DNA of 62,361 nt, filler included, from Chiloscyllium plagiosum (lineage: Eukaryota): assembly GCF_004010195.1 (NCBI RefSeq). It is 3 parts of one record of this genome, joined end to end, with 100 filler letters (N's around TTAATTAATTAA, not from the genome) between each part and the next. Parts side by side here need not be neighbours in the genome. Positions count along the whole stretch, not along the records: positions 30,819 to 57,316 come from NC_057713.1; positions 57,417 to 62,361 come from NC_057713.1; 1 more part is not named here. One strand, 5' to 3'. Each line of letters opens with the position of its first letter. The first letter of the stretch is position 1. A program made the translations under genes and the position numbers. This document shows, in pieces, positions 51,410 through 62,361 of the stretch. The notes beneath the pieces were generated by a model. That model made no database searches. It saw only the letters and a program-made list of their open reading frames with translations, and had not been told where the DNA came from.

Positions 51410-53042
51410 TTAGGGAAGTGATAGGCAGAGGAGAGTGGGGTTGCTTTATTAGTAAGAAATGAAATTAAATCAACAGTAGGAAATGAAATAAGGCCAGGTA
51501 GAATAGAATCTGTGTGGGCAGAATTGAGGAACCACAAAGATACAAAAAACGATAGTTGGAGTTATGTACAGGCCTCCAAACATTAATCTGGAGCTGAAGC
51601 ATAACATACAGCAGGAGATAGAAAAGATGTGTAGGAAAGGCAAAGTTATGGTTATCATGGGGGATTTCAATATGCAGTTGAAGTAGGAAAATTGTTTTGG
51701 TAGTGGATTGTAAGAAAAGAAATTTGTGGAATGTTCTTGAGATGGTTTTTTGGGCTGTTTGTGGTTGAGCCCATTGGGGAACACACAATAGTGAATTTAG
51801 TGTTGTGCAATAGGGCAGATTTGATAAGGGAACTTAAGGTGAATGAACTCTTTGGAGGCAGTGATCATAATATGATTGAATTTACTCCTCATTTGAGAGG
51901 GAGAAGGTAGAGTCAGAGATAACGGTATTACAAGTGAATAAAGGCAACTACAGAGGCATGAGAGAGGTGCTGGGTAGAATTGTCTGGGAGAGGAGCCTAG
52001 AAGGAAAGACAGTGGAACAGCAATATCAGGAGCTCCTGGGAGTAATTCAGGAGATACAGCAAAGATTCATCCTGAGGAAAAAGAAGCATGGTACAGGGAG
52101 AATGAGGTAACCATGGCTGACGAGGAAAGTCAGGGATAGCATAACAGCAAAAAAGTAAGCATGCAATGTGGCAAAGGGCAGTGGCAAAGGGTTGGGAAGT
52201 TTACAAAGACCAACAGAGGCCAACAAAAACAAAGAAATAAACAGGAAGAAGATTAAATATTAGAGTAAGCTAGCTAGGAGTATAAAGGAAGACTTTAGAC
52301 ATGTAAAGGGAGAAAGAGAGGCAAAAGTAGACTTTGGGCTGCTGGAAAATGACACTGGAAAATGGGGCATAAGGAAATGGCTGAGGAACTGAATAATTTC
52401 TTTGTATCAGTCTTCACAGTGGAAAACACGAGTAGTATCTTAAAAATTCAAGAGAGTGAATGGGCAGAGCTGAGTATGGTGGCTATCAACAAGGAGAAGG
52501 TGCTAGAAAAGCTGAATGGCCTGAAGGTGGATAAATCACCAGGACCAGATGGACTATACCCTAGAGTTCGAAGGGAGATACCTGAAGAGATGGTCGAAGC
52601 ATTACTAATGATCTTTCAGAAATAAGTAGAATCATGGAGGGTCCCAGAGGACTGGAAAATTGCTAACGGACACCACTGTTTAAAAAGGCAGTAAGGCAAA
52701 AGATAGAAAATTATAGACCAATTATCCTAATCACAGTTGTGGGTAAGAACCTGGATTCCATTATAAGGATGATATTTCTGAATACTTGGAAGTGTATGGG
52801 CAAAGTCAACATGGTTTCATCAAGGGGTGGCCATGCTGACAAATTTTCTAGAATGCTTTGAGAAAGTAATGAGCAGCTTGGACCAAGGAGAGCCAATGGA
52901 TGTTATCTACCTGGACTTCAAGAAGGCCTTTGACAAGGTGCTGCACAGGAGGCTACTGAGTAAGATAAGAGCCCATGGTGTCAGAGGCAAGGTGCTAGCA
53001 TGAATAGAAGCTTGACCATCAGGCAGAAAACATAGAGTGAGG
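51410..53042 (+). mobile_element. Decayed CR1 ORF2 fragment (EN to RT)
   Basis: GDFN and SDHN codons, KSPGPDGLYPRV, YLDFKKAFDKV. Confidence 0.88.
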
Positions 53043-54334
53043 CTAGTTTTTGAAAACAGTAATGTAATTTCTCCCATATAGTTGGCAATTACTTTCTAAT
53101 TTTGTGATCCATTAAACAGTGTCCAAATGCGAGAGGAAACTGAGTTTGATGGCCACTTGGTGCCACTTTGTGCATTTTTGTGCATTTAATTTTAGAGAAA
53201 CAGGGCTAAGTTTATGGATTGGTTTTCAAATCCCTTTCTCACTTTGTATCAATCATCTACATAATCTATTTTGGAAATTTGGTGTGGTTTCTACTACAAT
53301 CACTAATTCCACGAATACATTCTAAATTCTCACAGCCTGTTCAGGTTGAAATAAACATTTCTATCTCTCTCCTCTACCTTTCACATTCAATCCCACATTG
53401 ATGTTCCCTAACTTTAATATCTTCAATTACTGTAAATAGTAGGGGAAAAATTCAACATCACTATCATTAAAGTTTGTAAAATGGGCAAATTAAGGACAGA
53501 CTTTGCAATGCAATGGTCTAGTCAGAACTAAGCAAGCATTCAATGAATTCTTAATTTTCCTCGATTACTTTAAGGCAGCTTTCGTGACCATCATGGGTAT
53601 TCACCACCTTGAACAATTAATATATCCTAAGTCCTACACTCTGAAATTTCTTTATAAACTCTTTAGAATATATCTTTCTCCTCAAATAAATTGTATTTTG
53701 TTAAATCTGCATCATCACATGGTGTTAAATTTTGTTTGATAATGCTCATGTGAAGTACAGCTGTTGTTCTCTCATATGAAAGATACAACATAAATGTGGT
53801 TTATTTTTTAAGTAACCCCTAGGAAAGTTGATTAGTGCTAATGAGGAACAGGCACAGGATTTCTTACCCTAACATTACCAACTTGAAGGACCAATGAGAG
53901 AATTCTTGATGGTCAGTCAAGTGTCGTGAAGTTGATGCACAATAGATGCTCCACAGGGACCAGCAACCAGTTCCTGCTGAAAAGCTGTGACAGCTGCATC
54001 ACCTAAACACATTACCCTACAATAACTGACATACTTCTCTCTCTGTCTTGCAGGACAAGTTAGTTCATAACCAGGCGCACAGAGGGGGCACAGCACCTGA
54101 CCAACACATCTGTACCTCTGAGGGCAGACGTTCGCATAATTGGAATTGCTATGACTAAACTCATGGCCAAAGGTATAACTGTCAAACATAAAAGTGCCTT
54201 CTTATGTCCAACTTACCCTTCATCTCACAAATCCTTTCAATTTGCAAGCTGCCAATGGTGTAAGTATGTATCTCCTATTCTACTTCCTTCTCCCAATCCA
54301 GCTCTGATTATTCACATAGAAGAAGAATTATCCC

Positions 54335-54513
54335 GACAGGTGTGGAAACAGGCCATTTGGCCCAACAAATCTATACCGAGCCTCCGATGAGTAACCCATC
54401 CATTCCACTATCCTATTTTTCCATATTTTCCCCAACAAATGCAACTAATTTACACATCCCTGAACACTATGGGCAATTTAGCATGGCCAATTCACCTAAG
54501 CTGCACATCTTTG
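54335..54513 (-). mobile_element. HE1-type SINE 3' half
   Basis: gtggaaacaggcc...gggcaatttagcatggccaattcacct. Confidence 0.85.
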
Positions 54514-55074
54514 GAAAGATTTTTTTCCTTTCCAATTACCAAGAAATGCAACCTGGTCCAGAAGTGCACGTGGTCCAACAGCAGGAAGATTTGGAGGAAT
54601 ATTTCAATGGAACAAGCTACAGAAAATATCTGAGGGATGTGCATAACTAAACTCCCTGTGCATTGGAAGGTCTGTGGTTAAAGGCAATGAATATATCAAC
54701 CATTCCAGCATGGAATGATCAATTCCTCTAGCATGCTAACAGATTCAACCATGATGCAACATCTGATGCCTACTGTATCAATTCCATTGCAGCATAAGCA
54801 AAGGCTATCTAACATATGAATGAGGTCATAGAAACTCAGATTACTGCCATTTAAAATCAGAATTCTGTATCAATCACTCATATATAAGTGCTTAAAGAAG
54901 CTTGGAAAGCATCACAGCAATCCAGTTACCTGTCCATCAATATTCCCTGGTGGCAATGTGGCTCTGTGCAACCCAAACCAGTTTGACTACATTCGTCTTC
55001 CATTCCCTCCTAGAGCAGAACTGTACAAGTCATAGTGTGAGTACTTGTGATCTCCACCATTGAAAGTCACCTCG

Positions 55075-55316
55075 GTCCCGGGTTCAATTCCAGCCTTGGG
55101 TGACTGTCTGTATGGAGTTTGCACATTCTCCCCGTGTCTGCGTTGGTTTCCTCCTGGTGCTCCGGTTTCCTCCCAAAATCCAAAGATGTGCAGATCAGGT
55201 GAATTGGCCATGCTAAATTGCCCGTAGTCAGAGGGAAATGTGACTGGGTAGGTTACTCTTTGGAGGGTCGGTGTAGATTTGTTGGACTAAAGGGCCTGTT
55301 TCCACAATCTAATCTA
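55075..55316 (+). mobile_element. HE1-type SINE (5' truncated)
   Basis: B box GGTTCAATTCC, central domain and aatctaatct tail. Confidence 0.88.
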
Positions 55317-55319
55317 AAA

Positions 55320-57316
55320 AAAAGCAATGGAACCAGCACAGATCTTTGTGGCACACCAGAGGCCTCCAGTCTGAAAAGCAACCCTCCATCCCCACCCTCT
55401 GTCTTCTACCTTTGAGCCAGTTCTGTATATCCAAATGGCTAGTTCTCCCTGTATTCCATGTGATCTAACCTTGCTAACCAATCTACGATGAGGAGCCTTG
55501 TTAGATGTCTTTCTAAAGTCCATATAGATCATGCCCACCGCTCTACCCTCATCAATTCTCTTTGTTACTTCTTCAAAAATTTCAATTAGGTTAGTGAGAC
55601 AAAATTTTCCTGCACCAAACTATGTTGACTATCTCTAATCCGTTCTTGCTTTTGCAAATACATGCAAATCCTGTCCCTCAGGATTCCCTCCAACAACTTG
55701 CCCACCACTGATGTCAGGCTCACCAGTCTGTAGTTCCTTGGCTTTTATTTTCTTAAATAGTGGCAGCATGTTAGCTAACCTCCGTCTTCCAGCACCTCAC
55801 CTGTGACTATCAATGATCCAAATATCTCAGCAAGGGGCCCAAAAATCACTTCCTGAGCTTTCCATAGAGTTCTAGGGTATACCTGATCTCCACCTTTATG
55901 CATTTTAAGGCATCCAAGAACTCCTCCTTATTAATATATACATTTTTCAAGATGTCTCCATCTATTTCCCCACATTCTGTATTTTCCATGTCCTTCTCCA
56001 CAGTAAATATTTATTATATCTTCCAACTCCTGTGGTTCCACACATAGGCTGCCTTGCTGATCTTTAAGGGGTCCTATTCTCTCCCTTCTTAACCTTTTGT
56101 CCTTAATGTATTTATAAAATCCCTTTGGATTCTCCATAACCCTATTTGCCAAAGCTGTATTATGACCCTTTTTGCCATCTGGATTTCCCTCTTAAGTATA
56201 TTCCTCCTGTCTTTATTACTGTTCTAAGATCTCTGCTATCTATATCTATATCTATATCTATATCTATATCTATATTTTCAGCTCTGATCTCCAGCATCTG
56301 CAGTCCTCACTTTCTCCTATCTATATACTTCCTTTTTTTTCTTGACCAAAGTCTCAATTTCTCTAGTCATTCAGCATTCCCTACACCTACCGGACTTGCC
56401 TTTCACCCTCACAGGAATACACTGTCTCTCGACTCTTGTTAGCTCCTTTTTGAAGGCTTCCCATTTTCCAGCAGTGCCTTTACCTATGAACATCCACATC
56501 CAATCAACATTTGAAAGTTTTTGCCTTATACCATCAAATTTGACCTTCCACCAATTTTGAGCTTTAACTTTTAGATCATGCCTAGCTTTTTCCATCACTA
56601 TTTTAAAACTAATAGAATTATCATCATCGGTCCCAAAGTGCTCACTCACTTACACTTCAGTCACCTTCCCTGTTTTATTTCCCAAGGGAAGATCAAGTTT
56701 TGCACCTTCTCCAGTAGGTACATCCACATACTGCATCAGAAGATTTTCTTGTACGCACTTAACAAATTCTTCTTCATCTAAACCTTTTAACATTTTGACA
56801 ACCCAGTCAATGTTTGGAAAGTTAAAATGCTACCCTATTAGTATCCTATTACTACCCTATTATTCTTACAGATAACTGAGAGAGAACAAAGAAAATTACA
56901 CCACAGAAACAGGTCCTTTGGCCCTCCAAACTTGCACTGATCCAGATCCTCTACCTAAACCTGTTGCCTATTTTCTAAAGGCCTGTACCCCTTTTCTCCA
57001 TGCCTATTCAATACATCTTAAATGATGCTATTGTGCCCGCCCTGACCATCTCCACTGGCAACACATTCCAGGCATCCACCACCCTCTGTGTAAAGAACCT
57101 TCCATGCATATCTCTCTTAAACTTTTCCCCTCTCACTTTGAACTCATGACCGCTAGTAACTGAGTATCCCACTCTGGGAAACAGCTTCTTCCTATCCACC
57201 CATATCTCCACGCATATCTCTTTTAAGCCTTTTCCTCTCACCTTGAACTCGTGATCCCGAATAATTGAATCTCCTACTCTGGGAAAAAAAGTTTCTTGCT
57301 TTCCCCCTGTCTATAC
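55320..57316 (-). mobile_element. Two CR1 fragments (55320-56880 internal; 56884-57316 3' end)
   Basis: MIYMDF, ENPKGFYKYI, HFGTDD and FFTQRVVDAWNVLP ORFs. Confidence 0.85.
56237..56274 (+). repeat. (CTATAT)n microsatellite next to a ~45-bp PLE-A terminal fragment (56275-56318)
   Basis: ctatctatatctatat... followed by tctgatctccagcatctgcagtcctcactttctcc, the reverse complement of 15503-15535. Confidence 0.85.
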
Positions 57317-57416
57317 NNNNNNNNNNNNNNNNNNNNNNNNNNNNNNNNNNNNNNNNNNNNTTAATTAATTAANNNNNNNNNNNNNNNNNNNNNNNNNNNN
57401 NNNNNNNNNNNNNNNN
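57317..57416. other. Assembly gap with TTAATTAATTAA linker
   Basis: Same 44N-12-44N design as at 30719. Confidence 0.95.
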
Positions 57417-57725
57417 AGTGGCCGGTATATTGGGTCCAGGTCTATGTGTTTGTTGATGGAGTTTGTGGATGAGTGCCATGCCTCTCGGAATTCCCTGGCT
57501 GTTCCCTGTTTGGCTGGAACAGCTGGAACTGACAACCGGAAGCGGCAGGGACAAGCCACTATAAATGCCGGAGGAAAGATCACAGAAGCGCTTCACAGGA
57601 GGCTCCCAAGCACTGAGGATGTCACCTAGACAGGGGACGAAACGTTTGCAACACAAATTCCCAGCTCGGCGAACAGAACCACAACAACGAGCACCCGAGC
57701 TACAAATCTTCTCCCAAACTTTGAA
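57417..57725. mobile_element. Young Penelope-like element end (family C) with internal inversion
   Basis: Minus 57417-57516 encodes AKQGTAREFREAWHSSTNSINKHIDLDPIYRP (GIY-YIG C-terminus-like); plus 57517-57725 is the UTR with TATAAAT and a hammerhead. Confidence 0.75.
57610..57649 (+). ncRNA. Minimal type I hammerhead ribozyme (PLE-associated)
   Basis: GCA-CUGAGGA-U-GUC(A)CCU[AGAC]AGG(G)GAC-GAAA-CG-UU|UGC: full catalytic core, stem I GCA/UGC, stem II with one A-G mismatch, palindromic ACGU stem III. Confidence 0.8.
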
Positions 57726-58635
57726 CGCTTACATAGTGGCAGCTAACAGAAATATTTCGGACAAATACATTGCTGAAGGTAAGAGTCCACATCATGGACA
57801 GATTATGATTGTATCAAAGTGGCAATGTTACACCTCATTCGAGTAGTGCACTGAAAATCAAGCCCCACTATTCCTAGAATTGCCACAAAAGCTTTTTTTT
57901 AAAAAAAAACTTATCAAAAAAGGTGAAGTCTCCAAATTATCTGTTGGATTCACTCTGGTAAACAGAAACACATATTAGTTTTCAGTACTTAATGAGAACT
58001 ACCGTTTATTATAAATAAAGAGCTTGAGGGAAAAAAGATTTTCATAATGATGTTTATGTGGTGATGTTGAGTAACAGCCATCGGCCGCAAATCAAATTAA
58101 ATTGCCAGTGAAGGGCAAACAGGAACAAAACGTTGGTGGGCATACAATCACCAAATCAGGCCAAATTGTCAAACCTCCAAACAGCTGCATTGAAGTTTGA
58201 ATTGTTAATCTTAGCCGTGTTTTAGCTGATTGTATAACTGAATTGACAACATATGCCTATGTATAACCACTTATGTCTATATTTGAGATACTTGTTTCGT
58301 TGGGAGAGAAAGGGGATGTTGGGTTATATCTCACAGTTATACAATATTCCTTTGATATTATGAGCATGGTTTTTACAGAATGTGACCTGGTGGTTTAAAG
58401 GTCTGAGTATCAATCTTAACTGGGTCCATTTGATGCATGACACACTGAGGGAAGCATACTATTGATGTAACCTGTAGCTGAACATTAGCCCAGACAGCTG
58501 AAATATCTGGGAATGTAATAAAAGTTTACCAGAAGCTGTAATAAATGTCTCTTGAACCTACTATGCAATTCATGTCAACGTCTTGTGAGATGTTAGCCAA
58601 CTCGAGATTTGGCTCATCATGTACAAATACCTTGC

Positions 58636-58862
58636 TGCAGATAGTGGTGCGTGTATGGAATGAGCTGCCAGAGTAAGTTGTGGAGGCTGGTACAATTACA
58701 ACATTTAAAAGGCATCTGGACAGGTATGAATAGGAAGGGTTTAGAGGGATAGGGGCCAAATGCTGACAAATGGGACTAGATTAATTTAGGATATCTGGTC
58801 AGCATTGACTAGTTGGACTGAAGGATCTGATTTCATTCTGTACAGCTCTATGATTCTATGAC
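58636..58862 (+). mobile_element. CR1 3' end
   Basis: tggaatgagctgccagag...ctatgattctatga tail. Confidence 0.88.
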
Positions 58863-59711
58863 CTTGCTGAAGGCAAATGACCACATCGTGGTGGCAGATC
58901 AAAGACTACTAAGGTCCATGACATCTTCACAGCTTCATTTCAGGTGGACATATCTATGGCACAAGTTGGGTCACTAGTGTCAAAGATTTGGAGGGGTGTG
59001 CAATTCTGTTTGCCTGCCCTCTCATTGGAGGAAGCCATTCGAGACAAAATAAGTAACAGAAAAATAAAGTGGAAGAGACTAAACTGCATGGCATGGTCAT
59101 AATCCCTTTAACCATAAAACTGGTCATGAGAAAACCGAAAGCATAACCTACTGGGAGCTGTTGTCTGGGAAGCAAGCTGAATTCCCATAAGAAATATTTC
59201 AACATCAAATGCCTGCAATAAGACTCTCCATAAGAGCTGCATTTGCATTTCTTTGGAAGCTGTTTTAGATTTAGATTATTTTTGTTCTATTAATCTATAT
59301 TTCTAAGTAATACCTCATGTGTCTGGAAAAAGCAGCTCCGTGGCTTAACCCAGTAAAGTCCGAGAAGATCTCACTGTGGAATTTGGAAAGAGTTTTATTC
59401 CAGTCATTTAAAAGGGATGGTCATCCTGTTAAGACACATCTTATTTGGTCAGAAGAGAAGTTGAGGATATTGCTAACAGGTATGAACCAAGTCTGAAGAA
59501 ACACAAAACTGGCCCTTGGGCTTTGTTTTGCTTGACATACCTCCCCAGACTATTGATCTTTTTGATTAACCTGAGAAATATGATAAAAAAATCTATCAGA
59601 GCAAATGTGTAATGTTTCATTCTCAAAATGCTTAGATAACCTATACCTATAGATTATAGCTTTATGGGTTAATCGGGGATAATTGTAATTCCATTAGTGA
59701 TTCCACTTCCA

Positions 59712-59852
59712 TTTTATTCATTCATGGGATATGGGCATCACTGGCTGGGCCAGTATTTATTATCCATACTCATTGCCTATGAGAAAATGATGGTGAATTG
59801 CTGCCTTAAACCACTGCAGTCCATGGTGATGTAGGATCCCTCAATACTGTTA
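59712..59852 (-). mobile_element. Second-lineage LINE 3' tail
   Basis: Similar to 5505-5630. Confidence 0.7.
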
Positions 59853-60049
59853 GTACTTATTCATGTACCGCCACAACATGAACACAAAAGAGGTAAACCA
59901 AGATAATTGGACTGAAATAAATATTTTTGGTTTCAATTGATTCAATGTGGAAAAACGTACGAGAAACACTTGGTGATTTTATCTCCATATACAGGAGAAA
60001 AATGAAAGTATTTTGCAATACATAGAAGGATGAGGGTTAAATTGCATCT

Positions 60050-61070
60050 TGGACAATAATGTAAATGAGTCATTATGATAGATTAACTGGCGGAAAACAA
60101 AGTATGCAAAAAAGGGTCTCTTTCTGATTGGCAGGATATGGTGAGTGATGTCCCACAGGGCTCTATGCAGGGGCCTCAACTTGTTAAAATTTTCATCAGT
60201 TACTCAGATGAGAGAAACAAAGGCACAGTTTTCTAAGTTCACAGGTGGCAAAAAGAGAAGTAGGAAAGTATGTTGTGAAGACGACTTTGGTTTTGCAAAT
60301 GGATATAAATAGGTTCAGTGAGTGGGCAAAAAAATGACAGATAAGTAGGATGTGAGAAATATGAATTTGTTAATTTCCGCAGGAAAAATGAGAAAGCAGA
60401 ACAGTATTTAAGCAAAATGCTGGGGTGCAGAGGGATCTGGGTGTTCTAATGCATGAGTCGCAATAAGTTGCAACTGCTGGGTATAGTGCATAAGAACAAC
60501 AGAATATTATCCTTTGTGGGAGGAATTTAACATAAAAATCAGGATTTATCTGTCAGTTATATAGGGCATTGGTGAGACCACATCTTGAACATTGCACTTT
60601 TCATCTCCTTATCTATAGAAGGATACAAATGGGTTGGAGGCCATTCAGATGAAGTTTACCAAATTGATGTTTGGAGTGAGTGGGTTGTCTTATGAGCATA
60701 GGTTAGACAAACTGGGATTCTTTCCACTGGAGTTTAGAAAATTGAGGGTTGACTTGATTGAAATGTATAAAATCATAAATGGACATGACAGGTGCATGTG
60801 GAAGCAATATTTGTGGGCGAGTCCAGAAGTACAGAGCATTGTTTTAAAAGTAAAGGTCTCCCAGTTTGTTTGTTTTTTTGGAATCGAAATCAGGAGAAAT
60901 ATTTCGAGAATTGTGCAGTTTTTGAACACTCCACCTCAGAAGACAGTGGAAGCAATGTTAGGAGTACATGGGCACATGGAATTTGACCCACAAACAAATC
61001 AGCCATGATGTTGTTGAATGTCACGGCAGGGTTAATGGCAAGATGGCCTATTCCTGCTCCCAATTTGTAT
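60050..61070 (+). mobile_element. Old CR1 RT/3' fragment
   Basis: VPQG codons (~60150), GLSYEHRLDKLG..LRVDLIEMYKII. Confidence 0.82.
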
Positions 61071-61487
61071 AGTCTAATGAACCAGCCATCTTTTTTAATA
61101 CCCCACCTAGATTTTCTGTGTCAATACCAATTCACTCTCAGCCATTTTTGTGCTATTGACGTCAGCTAATTTCATCTCCACTGATTTTTCTTTTCTTAAT
61201 TAGGACATTTCGAGACTTACATGTCTGAAAGGCAGACACTTTTCACAATTCATGGAGACAGTAAGCAAATTGCCATTTTCCAATAACTGGGTCCTTTACC
61301 AAAGTGAGAGTAATGTGTGAAAGAACCATGAGAGTATCCAGGAAATTTAATCTAGAGTCAAAACAATTCTTTCATATGCAACAAATAAAATTCAGAATAT
61401 AAATCTTGGAAAACTCAAAATGCAGAGTTAGTAGGCTCACTACTTTCAGAATATTTGTGGTCAGAGATGGGGGTATGCAAAGAGACA

Positions 61488-61702
61488 ATCACAGAGACAT
61501 ACAGTTATATAGTGTGGAAACAGACCCTTTTGTTTAACTCTTCCATGCTAACCAAGTTTCCCAATTTATCTAATCCCAATTGCTTGCATTTGGCCCATAT
61601 CCCTCTAAACATTTTCTATTCATGTATCTGTCCAAATGTTTTTTAAATGTTGTAACTGTACCTACATCCACCACTTCCTCTGGCAATTCATTCCTCACAT
61701 GT
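61488..61702 (-). mobile_element. CR1 3' end
   Basis: NELPEEVVDVGTVTTFKKHLD on minus. Confidence 0.85.
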
Positions 61703-61769
61703 GAACCACCCACAATCCTGGAGCTATTTAGAATATTTGTTAACCTGATGGGAGTTTCTACAATCCCAG

Positions 61770-62100
61770 TTTTTTTTTGTATTTGTTCATGGATTGTAGG
61801 CTTCATTGGTAAAGCTGGCATGTGTTGCCCTTCCCTAATAAACCTTGACCCAAGTGGCTTGCTCAGCCATTTCAAAGACTGGTTGGATAACAGCCAATTG
61901 CATTGCTGTGTCCCCGGAGTCACTTTGCAGGCCACACTGGGCAAGGGTGGCTGTTTTCCTTCACTGAATATGCACTAGTCAATCAGTTGGAGAGTCACAA
62001 CAATAGATGATTAATTTCATGGTCCCTATTATTGAGTCGAGCTTTATGTTTCGGCTTTAACCATTGAATTCCAGAGTGGTAGGATCTAAACCTTTGGTTC
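61770..62100 (-). mobile_element. Short SINE-like element with second-lineage LINE tail
   Basis: gttcatggattgtagg...gagtcact..ggccacact similar to 49150-49260. Confidence 0.55.
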
Positions 62101-62102
62101 AG

Positions 62103-62361
62103 AGTCTGGATTAGTGGTGCTGGAAGAGCACAGCAGTTCAAGCAGCATCCGAGGAGCAGTAAAATTGACATTTCGGGCAAAAGCCCTTCATCATGAGTAA
62201 AGGCAGAGAGCCTGGAGGGTGGAGAGATAAGCTAGAGGAGGGTGGGGGTGGGGAGAAAGTAGCATAGAGGTACAATAGGTGAGTGGGGGAGGGGATGAAG
62301 GTGATAGGTCAGGGAGGAGGGTAGAGTGGATAGGTGGAAAAGAAGATAGGCAGGTAGGACA
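62103..62361 (-). mobile_element. PLE family A 3' terminal region (runs off the window)
   Basis: gtggtgctggaagagcacagcag...tttcgggcaaaagcccttcatca (hammerhead core on minus, first C mutated), followed by a G-rich UTR like 15640-15800. Confidence 0.8.

Noticed and set aside
54075..54095. CTCF-like AGGGGGCAC
   Set aside because: The 5' half of the motif mismatches the consensus.
53917..54189. Cys-rich 90-aa ORF on minus
   Set aside because: Non-ATG start, no recognisable domain spacing and no supporting gene structure.
1..62361. Prokaryotic systems (CRISPR arrays, operons, retrons)
   Set aside because: No regularly spaced repeat-spacer arrays or dense gene packing; all RT motifs belong to eukaryotic CR1-group or Penelope-like elements.

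Overview
Repeat-dense, non-coding vertebrate DNA, most likely from a shark. This is inferred from about ten HE1-type tRNA-derived SINEs and many CR1-clade LINEs whose 3' tails match the SINE tail. No host protein-coding gene can be supported. Nearly every ORF in the track is a broken piece of CR1 ORF1 (SGNH esterase), CR1 ORF2 (APE endonuclease + RT) or a Penelope-like element (PLE), or an antisense shadow of one. The window is a stack of nested insertions: two near-full-length CR1s (35570-43180 on +, 38945-43136 on -), a second LINE lineage with a tRNA-like head, a decayed PLE with RT and GIY-YIG domains (32636-35490), candidate solo LTRs, and three assembly gaps. The most notable signal is three distinct PLE families carrying minimal hammerhead ribozyme motifs. 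One motif looks intact (57610-57649), and several ~90-200 bp ribozyme-only inserts have clean 8-13 bp target duplications. Three young CR1 insertions also have unusual junctions: a 351-bp flanking duplication, a perfect 19-bp fold-back hairpin and a 23-bp tandem duplication. Repeat boundaries were read by eye and are approximate unless a motif is quoted.
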